Shown one piece after another: positions 1 to 9,349 of a DNA stretch of 13,059 bases. The stretch covers positions 1 through 13,059 of the forward strand of contig NW_021826330.1 of assembly GCF_006345805.1 (NCBI RefSeq), in the 5' to 3' direction. Positions within the stretch are counted from its first letter, which is position 1; each line of letters starts with the position of its first letter. The position numbers and the translations under genes were made by a program. The DNA comes from Octopus sinensis. Its lineage: Eukaryota. The notes beneath the pieces are model-generated. The model ran no database searches. It saw only the letters and a list, made by a program, of their open reading frames with translations, and was not told the DNA's origin.

Positions 1-1010
1 GTATGTGTGTAAATGGGTGTATGTGTTTACACACACAAATATCCACACACATATGTATGCACATCCTATAAATGCAAATACGAACACACACTTGCGTATT
101 GAAAGATTTGTGTATTCTTACATACATATACGTTCCTATGTTCAAGTGAAAATATATAAATTTTAGATCTGCTTTATGTACATCATTTATTGTTTGCCCT
201 ACCAATAAACCTGTCAAAACGCAAGTCATTTGAGTTATATGTTCAGAAAATTTTACACTCGTAGATTAAAATTAGAGTCAATTATTTACTTCAATTTGAA
301 AAGCAAACAAACAAAAAAAGAATGAAAATTCTCTTTAATATCTAACGTATGTCACTTGGCTGGCGATTTATTTCTCCCTGTTGTGTACGATATCTACATC
401 TGACATCTTCACCGCAAATCTTTTATGTACACGGTCATCTTGATACAAATGTTGTCTAATATCCTACGGACGTTTCTGTATCTTTAAGATATTACAAAAT
501 GAACTGGAACAAGATCGTGCGTTGGAATACTGATGGTTTTAAATGCTTTTATCTCCACTCCTATTGCTTCGTTCGTTATATTGTGGGATGGAACTGTTCT
601 CAGTTACATTAGGGTGACATTTAGACGACCTATAGCAATACAGAAAACACACCGTCATTAAAGGGAGATCATCACCAAGATTCGGAGTATCACACTTTTG
701 TATCATCTTCCTGGTGGGTAAACGGATTTTTATACAACCATGAGGAAAACCTGCGCAATAAACTAACCAGTGAATCAAACAGTAGACGCCAGAGTAGAAC
801 TAGTCTCCAAATATACTTTGAATACCTGCGATCGCAGTACGGTTTTCTACATTTTCCTTGATGTCGGTGTTGAAATTATGCTAGTCACATACATGCTCTT
901 CTGGGAAACTATGGTAGGAGATTGAGCTCTCATAGCAGGTATTCCTCAAAAGATATTTTCAGACATTGTGACGATATCCGTAAAGACACTAACAAGTAGT
1001 CTCCGCCATA

Positions 1011-1015
1011 CACAC

Positions 1016-1061
<46 letters not shown>

Positions 1062-1140
1062 GGCAAAATAATAAAAGTTATTGGATGTTGCTGGCCAGCA
1101 TCGCAGGTTCTAATTTCTAATATGCCACCCTTTTAATTTT

Positions 1141-1172
<32 letters not shown>

Positions 1173-1188
1173 GTTATGTATGCAATGC

Positions 1189-1234
<46 letters not shown>

Positions 1235-1273
1235 CTGTGTCTATATATATATATAATACATTATATATATTAT

Positions 1274-1326
<53 letters not shown>

Positions 1327-1443
1327 CTATATGTATATATATTGTGTAATGTATACATTTTTTACGCGTGTGAGCGTGTGAGAATGTGTGCCTGCGAATG
1401 TGCAAGTGTAGAAGTATGTGAGTATATATATATAGTATATTAT

Positions 1444-1475
<32 letters not shown>

Positions 1476-1500
1476 CTCGCATAAAGATGTATATGTAAGG
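1011..1500. repeat. Compound microsatellites (CA)n, (TA)n, (TACA)n, (TG)n with short unique spacers
   Basis: Directly visible tandem repeats. Source of ORFs 1110..1358 and 1241..1573. Confidence 0.95.
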
Positions 1501-1989
1501 ATACATATATTCGTGTTTTTCTGTATGTCATGTCAGACGTTAGGATTTGGTGTTTGTTCATGTATGCATGCATTTAACTCGGCGTAACTCTGGGAGTCCA
1601 CAAGAGAGGAAAGAAATCAATAGCTAAAACTAGAATATATTTATTCGGTGATATAAAAACTAAGGCTTCAATAACTTATTTCTGTAAATTTACCACTCCA
1701 CAGTAAATATATCCGACAAAATTTTATAGATTTTTTTGTCTCAATTCACCATGAAAATATATTCTCGTTTAGTTTATTTATATTAATAATCAGTTAGTTG
1801 GTTCAACATAACTTCGCTCAATAAAGTTTGTTTCTACAGCCATAATTATTAGCTCTAGCAAATAGAACTAACAATAAATATTTGGGTTTCTTATATGTCA
1901 TAGCTGGATTTCATTCTGCATTAAGTATTTCTGTCTTCCATATTGGGACCTTCTTTCTGCTGATTATATACAAACACACGTAGGCATAT

Positions 1990-2012
1990 ATACCCATACA
2001 TACATACATATA

Positions 2013-2061
<49 letters not shown>

Positions 2062-2218
2062 GTATGTATGTATGTATGTATGTATGTATATATCTCTATA
2101 TGTATGTACATATCTAGATGTATGTATATATATATATACATATATATGTATGTATGTATGTATGTATATATCTCTATATGTATGTACATATCTAGATGTA
2201 TGTGTATATATATATATA
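1990..2218. repeat. (TATG)n/(TA)n compound microsatellite with a 78-bp higher-order duplication
   Basis: The diagnostic string TCTCTATATGTATGTACATATCTAGATGTATG starts at both 2093 and 2171. Confidence 0.93.
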
Positions 2219-2322
2219 AAGTTAAACCAAACCTGAAAACACAAAGAGAAAACACAACAACGCGAGGACGTGGAACATGTATAGTGTTACTGGACGCTCA
2301 AGAAAGGAAAGTAAAAAGGAGG

Positions 2323-2357
2323 ATTTAGCGTTTCGAGCGGAGCTCTTCGTCAGAAAC
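2323..2357 (-). ncRNA. Minimal type-I hammerhead-ribozyme-like motif of the Penelope type, probably mutated
   Basis: Minus strand GTTT CTGACGA A GAGC TCC GCTC GAAA CGC T AAAT: CUGANGA core, 4-bp stem II, GAAA, and stem I TTT/AAA extended by G-U. The usual ACGT palindromic stem III reads ACGC here. Confidence 0.6.
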
Positions 2358-2427
2358 ATAGAAAAGTTAAAGGCCAAGGAAGGGAAAAAAACGAAGGAAA
2401 AAATCACCAACGATGCACGCGCTGTCA

Positions 2428-2476
2428 CATACATACATACATACATTCATACATACATACTACATACATACATACA

Positions 2477-2510
<34 letters not shown>

Positions 2511-2522
2511 CATACACACACG

Positions 2523-2570
<48 letters not shown>
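2428..2570. repeat. (CATA)n-(CA)n-(TA)n compound microsatellite
   Basis: Directly visible. Confidence 0.95.
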
Positions 2571-2571
<1 letters not shown>

Positions 2572-2714
2572 TCTTTTATTCTTTTGCTAGTTTTAATCAT
2601 TTGACTGCGACCATGCTGGAAAAATGCGTTTTAGTCGAAGAAATCGATCGTAAAACTTATTCTTTAGAAGACTGGTACTTATTCTATTTAGTCTTTTCGA
2701 AGAAGCGCCAGCTT

Positions 2715-2829
2715 GCGGCGACGTAAACACATAAACACCGGTTGTCAAGCGATGGCGGGGAGGTCAACACACACAGACATGTGTGTATATATATAGATAT
2801 ATATATATATAGAATATATTATATATATA

Positions 2830-2868
<39 letters not shown>

Positions 2869-3007
2869 ACATGTATGCATCTGTATATATCAACGGGGCT
2901 TGTCTCAGTTTCGTCTACAGAATCCACTCACAAGGCTCTGGTCGAATGAGACGAGAGAACCACGTGTTTAAGAAAAATATCTTCTTACCACACAGCCACG
3001 CCTGCGC
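2715..3007 (-). mobile_element. SINE family B, internally deleted copy with expanded internal (TA)n
   Basis: Minus strand GCAGGCGTGGCTGTGTGGTAAGAAG ... CACGTGGTT joins almost directly to CGACCAGAGCCTTGTGAGTGGATTCTGTAGACG, so the B-box/CORE segment is missing. Then about 100 bp of (TA)n and TTGACAACCGGTG ... GTGTTTACGTC matching 11672-11698. Confidence 0.8.
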
Positions 3008-3047
3008 CATAACACACACACAAGCACACACATACACACACACACAC

Positions 3048-3261
3048 TTATAAATTGAGGATATAATCATCAAATTAATTATATCCCTAGCCAGCGTATA
3101 AAGACACCACCATATCGGTAAAATTAACTTTTGTGTATAAAACCATAAAAATACAATCATAATTAAAGGTGCTGGAATGTCAATGCCTATGCGCTAGAAA
3201 AAGATGTCAAAAAGCAACAAGCCACGCGAAATAATTTCTCTGTTTACATCCCAAGGCCGAA
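3048..3261. repeat. Unclassified dispersed repeat of about 190 bp, copy A, followed by an inverted centre sequence
   Basis: About 70% identity by hand alignment to 3762-3948, with many transitions (for example GCCTATGCGCTAGAAAAAGATGTCAAA vs GCCTATACGCTAGAACTAGATGTCAAA). Confidence 0.85.
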
Positions 3262-3476
3262 CGCGAAGTGATAAGTAAGAAGATATACAAAATTTCGTGC
3301 TCTGTAATAGAGATTACTTTACACTCTTCAGTAGAGATACACCGACAATATATAAGCGAAAAATACATATACAATCCGATAGGTTTCTGCGTACATTTAA
3401 CTGTATATATTTATGCATTTCCTGCGAATGCATTACATCGCTAATGTCAGAAATGATACGGGGTGAATATAGTACC

Positions 3477-3706
3477 TATTTCTTTACTACCTACAAGGGG
3501 CTAAACACAGAGAGGACAAACAAGGACAGACAAACGGATTAAGTCGATTATATCGACCCCAGGGTGTAACTGGTACTTATTTAATCGACCCCGAAAGGAT
3601 GAAAGGCAAAGTCGACCTCGGCGGAATTTGAACTCAGAACGTTGCGGCAGGCGAAATACAGCTAAGCATTTCGCCCGGCGTGCTAACATTTCTGCCAGCT
3701 CGCCGC
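3477..3706 (-). mobile_element. tRNA-derived SINE, family A, full-length copy 1 with target-site duplication
   Basis: Minus strand reads GCGGCGAGCTGGCAGAAATGTTAGC (A-box-like) ... GAGTTCAAATTCC (B-box-like), then GTCGACTTTGCCTTTCATCCTTTCGGGGTCGATTAAATAAGTACC and a 3' end TAAAGAAATA. Flanked by the direct repeat ATATAGTACC at 3467-3476 and 3710-3719 (12/13 match if extended to 3464 and 3707). About 90% identical to 6239-6471 by hand alignment. From memory it resembles an abundant octopus SINE; exact family name not verified. Confidence 0.92.
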
Positions 3707-3761
3707 TGGATATAGTACCGCAGTTTAATATAATGACTAGAGAGCTCAAGATGATTTATAT

Positions 3762-4030
3762 TTATAAACTGGGGATACAACCATGATAATAATTTTATCA
3801 GTGGCTACCATTTTAAAAAAGAACACCATGTCGGTAAAATTCATTTTAAAGTATATAATTATAAAATCATAGTTGTAATTAAGGACATTGGAATGCCAAG
3901 CCTATACGCTAGAACTAGATGTCAAACAATAACGAGCCACTTTAAATTCGGCCTTGGGTGGTAAACAAATTTAGAGTGGCTTGTAGTTGTTTGACATCTA
4001 CTTTTACCGTATATGATCCCACGCTTAATC
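3762..4030. repeat. Same repeat, copy B, ending in a 48-bp inverted repeat (foldback)
   Basis: Arms 3901-3948 and 3968-4015 are reverse-complementary (40/48 Watson-Crick), with a 19-nt spacer at 3949-3967. Weak arm similarity may extend to about 4030. Confidence 0.85.
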
Positions 4031-4051
4031 TCTCTCTCTCTCTTTCTCTCC

Positions 4052-4102
<51 letters not shown>
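4030..4102. repeat. (CT)n-(CA)n microsatellite
   Basis: Directly visible. Confidence 0.95.
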
Positions 4103-4103
<1 letters not shown>

Positions 4104-4551
4104 TGTATGTGTGTATCTGCATATAAAACTTCGTAGACAACATGATTATAAATGAAACAGTTACGGCACTACGTGATCGACAGACTCAAAGAACGAAAAT
4201 AGAAGAAATAAAACCAGACTCGCGTGACCGGTCCTACCATTTATATCTTCTGTCACATGCTAAGACAAGACGTAATGACCTTACGGCCTGCTTATTTACC
4301 GTCTGACGTCATTTTATTGTGTTTCGCCGAAATATGTGTTGCTGTTTCCTAAGGGCATGTCTGCTTCTTTGAATTTAGTACAAACCCTTCTTTTGAAATT
4401 CCAATAGTTTCAGCAGGTGCAAGGCAACACATGCTGGTGTATCGACTTGGAGAACAGATTGGGGAAATAGATTCTGTTATATATTCTATAGATCTAATAT
4501 TTCTGAAGTCTTAAGTTACACTGTTGAAAGTGCTTGGCGTTTCAGCGTTCA

Positions 4552-4870
4552 CACCCACCCACACACATACACACACGCATACAAACACACACATACAAAC
4601 ACACATACACACACACACATATACACACACACACATACACACACACACACGCGCGCGTACAGACGCACACGCACAAACTCATAGACACACGTTGGCACGC
4701 ACACGCACGTACAAACTTACGCACGCACGCACGCACACATACCCTCACGCAAACACGCGCGCACACACGTACACATACGCGCACATATACACCCGCGGTG
4801 CTCACACTCACACATACACACTCACACATTCACGCTTGTGCGTGTGTGAGCAAGCATACACACGTACATT
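4552..4870. repeat. Degenerate (CA)n/(CG)-interspersed alternating purine-pyrimidine tract
   Basis: Directly visible. Source of the THTH-rich and CVCV-rich ORFs. Confidence 0.9.
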
Positions 4871-5032
4871 GGGCGGACTTGGAATATAAATTTCTTATTC
4901 ATATTAATTTTTATTACCATTCACAGTAATGAAAATAATATAAACAATACGAGTAATACTAATAGAGATCTGTTAATACAATAACGAGAGTAATATTAAT
5001 GTTAATATTACCGATAATGAAGAAGCGGAAAC

Positions 5033-5072
<40 letters not shown>

Positions 5073-5297
5073 AGAAGAGGAGAAGGAGGATCATAATGAT
5101 ATTGATGATAGTAAGAAGCAAAAGAAGAAGAAAAGAAGAAAAAGAAAGAAGAAGAAGAAGAGAAAGAAGAAGAAGAAGAAGAAGAAGAAGAAGAAGAAGA
5201 AGAAGAAGAAGAAGAAGAAGAAGAAGAAGAAAAGAAGAAGAAGAAGAAGAACACGATGATGGTGGTGGAAGGTATGATGATGATGATGATGATGATT
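5033..5297. repeat. Trinucleotide compound microsatellite (AAT)n-(GAA)n-(GAT)n
   Basis: Directly visible. Source of the poly-N, poly-K, poly-R and poly-S ORFs. Confidence 0.95.
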
Positions 5298-5344
5298 GCG
5301 ATGAAATTAAATATTTGACTTATATTTTTCTCCTACAAATCAGC

Positions 5345-6110
5345 CTGTAATATTTAACTCTTTGTTATCAGCACGATGAATTACCGTGTATACAGGCAAT
5401 TGTCAACTGTGTATCGATCTGATAAATTTATGTAAACGACCTCTCAAATTGAGATACTGTTGAAGATACTATTTAAAGTAAGTTCAGGATGATTGGATAA
5501 GACGTTGATATATTATAATGATTGATCGTGTTTCTGGAGAGGGTCTTCTTCTGAGTCGAATGTGACACTTAAGGAATTAGGAAATATGGAGTCATTTTCA
5601 AAAACGTTGTCAGATCGGGAATTTAAAATGTTTTATTGAGGGCTTTTGGGTGTGCGTATAACATGACAATCAAGATGAACCAGTGGCTGTAAGGACATCA
5701 TCCCTGTACAGACCTCCGAATTGTTGGAGATCAGGTGAGGTCCTAGTAATTTTTTGAAAAGAGGGCACAAGGTCAGAAGGGGATGCAATTCCAGGAGAAA
5801 CAGGCGTAATACCATTATTTAAAAGGGCTCACTTCTTTTCTTGCTGTAGGCAGATGCCCTTCAGCACTGCCCTTGGGTTCGCCCCTGTATTAGTTAATAA
5901 TGTGGAAAAGAATGAAGCTGACCAGGTCAGTAACGTAGGCAGAGTCGGATGATTCCGTGGTTATATCAAATAAATCGACGGGACCCATAATTATTATTGA
6001 AGTATATGTGGGTTCCTAGCAGCCAGGATGATGTTGATGTAGGATCGGAAGATAGGTGCGTACTTTCTTGCAAAAATTAGTGCATTACTTAAAAAAAATA
6101 AGGGTTCAGA
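5345..6110 (-). pseudogene. Decayed Penelope-like element (PLE) reverse-transcriptase and thumb fragment
   Basis: Manual minus-strand translation across stops and frameshifts gives motifs in the PLE RT order. NALIFARKYAPIFRSYINIILAAR (6086-6015) resembles AL.FA...INIIMHARKS, and FDITTESSDSAYVTDLV (5970-5920) resembles FDVTMGSYDGAEVCELV. GLYRDD (5714-5697) is the catalytic motif, SVTFDS (5569-5552) resembles LDVTFDL, and YINVLSNHP (5512-5486) resembles YIN..SNHP. Consensus motifs are recalled, not searched. Confidence 0.85.
5732..5887. mobile_element. Probable small non-autonomous TIR element (MITE-like) inserted in the PLE RT
   Basis: About 156 bp of extra sequence between two RT motifs that are normally only about 10-15 codons apart. 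Ends are degenerate inverted repeats: CAGGTGAGGTCCTAG at 5732 versus the reverse complement of the right end, CAGGGGCGAACCCAA (9/15 match). No clean TSD. Confidence 0.45.
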
Positions 6111-6238
6111 TTTCTCTCTCATTTTCACTGCGACGATCACACGCTATACAGCTTCCTTCTAAGTACTATTGTGAATACCGGAAGCGCGTTACAGCGTTAA
6201 AACTTAGTGCGCATGCACAAAAGTGTTCAAGGTCAATC

Positions 6239-6471
6239 TGTTTCTTTATTGCCCACAAGGGGCTAAACATAGAGGGGACAAACAAGGACAGTCAAACGGA
6301 TTAAGTCGATTATATAGACCCCAGTGCGTAACTGGTACTTAATTTATCGACCCCGAAAGGATGAAAGGCAAAGTCGACCTCGGCGGAATTTGAACTCAGA
6401 ACGCAACGACAGACGCAATACCGCTAAGCATTTCGCCCGGCGTGCTAACGTTTCTGCCAGCTCGCCGCCTT
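6239..6471 (-). mobile_element. tRNA-derived SINE, family A, full-length copy 2 with 20-bp target-site duplication
   Basis: Same A/B-box head and body as 3477-3706. Perfect 20-bp direct repeat AAAAGTGTTCAAGGTCAATC at 6219-6238 and 6472-6491, typical of target-primed retrotransposition. Confidence 0.95.
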
Positions 6472-6711
6472 AAAAGTGTTCAAGGTCAATCGTTGCCAAG
6501 CAACTGCTCACTGTGTGTCATAGCATCGTTACTATACCAACAATCCGGATACTTATAGACCACACCACGTACACACAAAGACACTTTGTTCCTTTCTGTG
6601 GATGAGGGTAGTCTGGAAACGTTAAAGACATTTTCAATTCACGAGCGTTAAATTAATACATCAGTTTGTTGTCTACACCACTTGTTTTCGTCTTTTGCAT
6701 TTTGTGAATTC

Positions 6712-6895
6712 TCCCTATATACGTATACAAAACTATAGATAGATATATAGATATGTACGTGTATATAAATAAATATACATTTATATATATGTATATGAGA
6801 ATATATGTACATATATTCATATAGACATACTAACTGACATAAATACATACCTACAATGAAGCCTAAATATGTACATATATCGACCGATCTAGGCA

Positions 6896-6935
<40 letters not shown>

Positions 6936-7020
6936 GCATACACATATTACCATACACACACCAAACACCACACCACACATACACACACAACACAATATAT
7001 ATATATATAATATATATATA
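6712..7020. repeat. Degenerate (TA)n/(CA)n low-complexity tract
   Basis: Directly visible. Confidence 0.85.
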
Positions 7021-7392
7021 AACGGCAGTTTGTCTGTGCGTGTTTGTGTGTGTCTGTTTTTCTCGTACCCTCACCCTGACCACAGCTTTCAACCGTTCTG
7101 ATGAAACTTGACACACACATAGCCCAATGTCATAATTCAAAACTAACGCAGCGAAAATTTTGAAAAGTTCCCCCAGTTCTGAAAAAAAATCGATAAATTC
7201 GACATGGGGTCGAGAAACCCAGGAACACAAACCAACAACTGTGTAGGGGACGCAACTCCACCTTTTTTAACCACCAAAAAAAAAATTTACCATAATTTTT
7301 TTCAATTTTTTTGCTGTTTTTGTCTATAACTTCTAAAAATGCTTTATAGTTATTTCCCTTACAAACCTGAGCAACGCCGGGCGATACTGCTA

Positions 7393-7393
<1 letters not shown>
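7010..7393 (+). mobile_element. Non-autonomous Helitron-like element
   Basis: 3' end CCTGAGCAACGCCGGG (imperfect GC hairpin, 7366-7381), an 8-nt spacer, then CTAG (7390-7393). The 5' part starts in a TA run, followed by a GT-rich tract and AACCGTTCTGATGAAACTTG, which resembles internal motifs of short invertebrate Helitrons. Caveats: the 5' TC is not resolvable and the base after CTAG is C rather than T. Confidence 0.6.
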
Positions 7394-7427
<34 letters not shown>

Positions 7428-8477
7428 AAGTTACAAGGAGAAATTTATTAAGAACAAAAGTTGTATTATAAGTTTGATCGTCTCCCTTATGTGTAAGGGG
7501 GATGTAAATATTGATGAATGTAGCATGCATATTGCAGTATGTAAACATTTTGTTTATATCTCTGATTCCTATACAGTTATAGTTATCTCATCATTTTATT
7601 ATGCATGTGATACCCTGCATTAATGCATTATATTCAATTATTTCTATTCATTTAAATTTGCTTTATATCAACCAGTATATTATCAACAAGTTTAATTTAT
7701 CCATTGTAGAGGGAGATCTTTAGTAACTGAAATACGATTAACATGATAAAATTAATTTATTTATCTTTGTGTATTTTTTCGTTATTTATCTTTATGTATC
7801 TGTTATTTTTTTCATCTGTTATTTTTTTCAGAAGTACATGCTTCTGAACGTATATGTTCAGTATTTTACGATTAATTAACCATCCAGGTATTGCTGATTT
7901 CATAAGTGAGATCCTTTGCTAAAGTATTATGAAAATGTTAGTGTTGATTTTGCAGTATGAACATTTCGTAAGTAGTTTCTATTGAGTCGTTCCTATCGCA
8001 GCTTGGAAACAGAAGTGTGTTATGTGTGACATGCATAAGGTAAAAAAAAGACTGCGGTTTATACCATAGTACAAGATTAATTTATAGAGTGGGCTGGAGG
8101 AATTTCAGGACATATCGAAGACAGCTTCCCCCGAACGTTGGTTTGAAAATCGTTAAATAGGTACTTAGTCTGTACGACGAGGGAGCCAGTATTTATATGC
8201 GTGACTGTCGAGACAGCTTTTCTTTTAATTTATCATACGGTTTGAGTTAGATAGTGAGCAATTTTAAAGACACTGGTATGGTATTAATGATGACAAAATT
8301 GTAGGAGAGTCATAGGTTACATGGAAGCCGTTAAAATGCTGTTCGTAAAGAGTAAGCAATCTAAGCACGTACGTGTCCATACGAAACGAGATCGTGTCCC
8401 TGATTGCATTCATGCACGACCCCAAAAGATTTACATGTGAGAAATCGCGGTGAAATGATGATTTCAAAAGTATCTAG

Positions 8478-8583
8478 ACATACACACACACATACACACA
8501 CGCATACACACATTCACACACACACCCATACATAACCATAAATATATATATATATATATAATATAAATATATAAATATATATA

Positions 8584-8678
<95 letters not shown>

Positions 8679-8909
8679 TATCTATATAGGTACATATTTA
8701 CATATAATGCAGGTGTGAATATTTGTATGTAAATGTACACGCATAAAAACATTCACACACACAACATACACAACATATATATATATATATATTATATATA
8801 TGTACATATATATATATATGTATGTATATATGTATATATATATATACATATATATATGTATATATACATTATTTTGTATATATATATATACATAAATATA
8901 TATATTATG

Positions 8910-8954
<45 letters not shown>

Positions 8955-9062
8955 ATATATATATATATATGTATATATAAATATACAATACATACATATA
9001 TATATATATATATGTCTAAACATATACATGTACATATACATACATACATCATATTATATATA
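8478..9062. repeat. Long (CA)n/(TA)n compound microsatellite
   Basis: Directly visible. Confidence 0.95.
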
Positions 9063-9196
9063 TGTTCTCGGCATACACTTGAATTCGTATGTGCGCATTC
9101 GAAATAAAATCGTAAGATAGACCGAGAGAGAGAGAGGGAGGGAGAATTGTGGAAGAGTGAGATTCAAAAGTGTGAAATGAAGAAACCAAAGCAGGT

Positions 9197-9265
9197 AGAG
9201 AGAGAAAGACAGAGAGAGAAAGACAGAGAGAGAAAGACAGAGAGAGAAAGACAGAGAGAGAAGAC
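9197..9265. repeat. 14-bp minisatellite AGAGAGAGAAAGAC, four units plus one 13-bp variant
   Basis: Units start at 9197, 9211, 9225, 9239 and 9253. Confidence 0.92.
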
Positions 9266-9349
9266 AGATGGAGAAGGACGATAAGAATTGTATATTAAAA
9301 TTTCAATAATCTAGGCTCTAGATAATTTACTTTTATCTTTATGTTTGTT

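Noticed and set aside
539-778. 79-aa minus-strand ORF
   Set aside because: Short, no recognisable motif, and within the length expected by chance.
806-879. Minus-strand peptide FNTDIKENVENRTAIAGIQSIFGD, loosely like a cadherin-repeat start (octopus has expanded protocadherins)
   Set aside because: Bounded by stops, with no DxD, LDRE or DxNDN motifs nearby in any frame I translated.
1084-1101. Small palindrome GCTGGCCAGC within an island of about 75 bp between microsatellites
   Set aside because: Too short to assign; it may be a repeat fragment but no second copy is present here.
2021-2505. (TATG)n and (CATA)n tracts form inverted repeats around the hammerhead island
   Set aside because: Both orientations of this repeat are common in the window, so the arrangement is likely coincidental.
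4142-4515. 54-aa plus-strand ORF (MIINETVTAL...) and a possible exon after CTAAG near 4353
   Set aside because: No recognisable homology and no convincing donor site.
9197-9265. Regularly repeated 14-mers considered as a CRISPR-like array
   Set aside because: No spacers and a eukaryotic context; it is a simple minisatellite.
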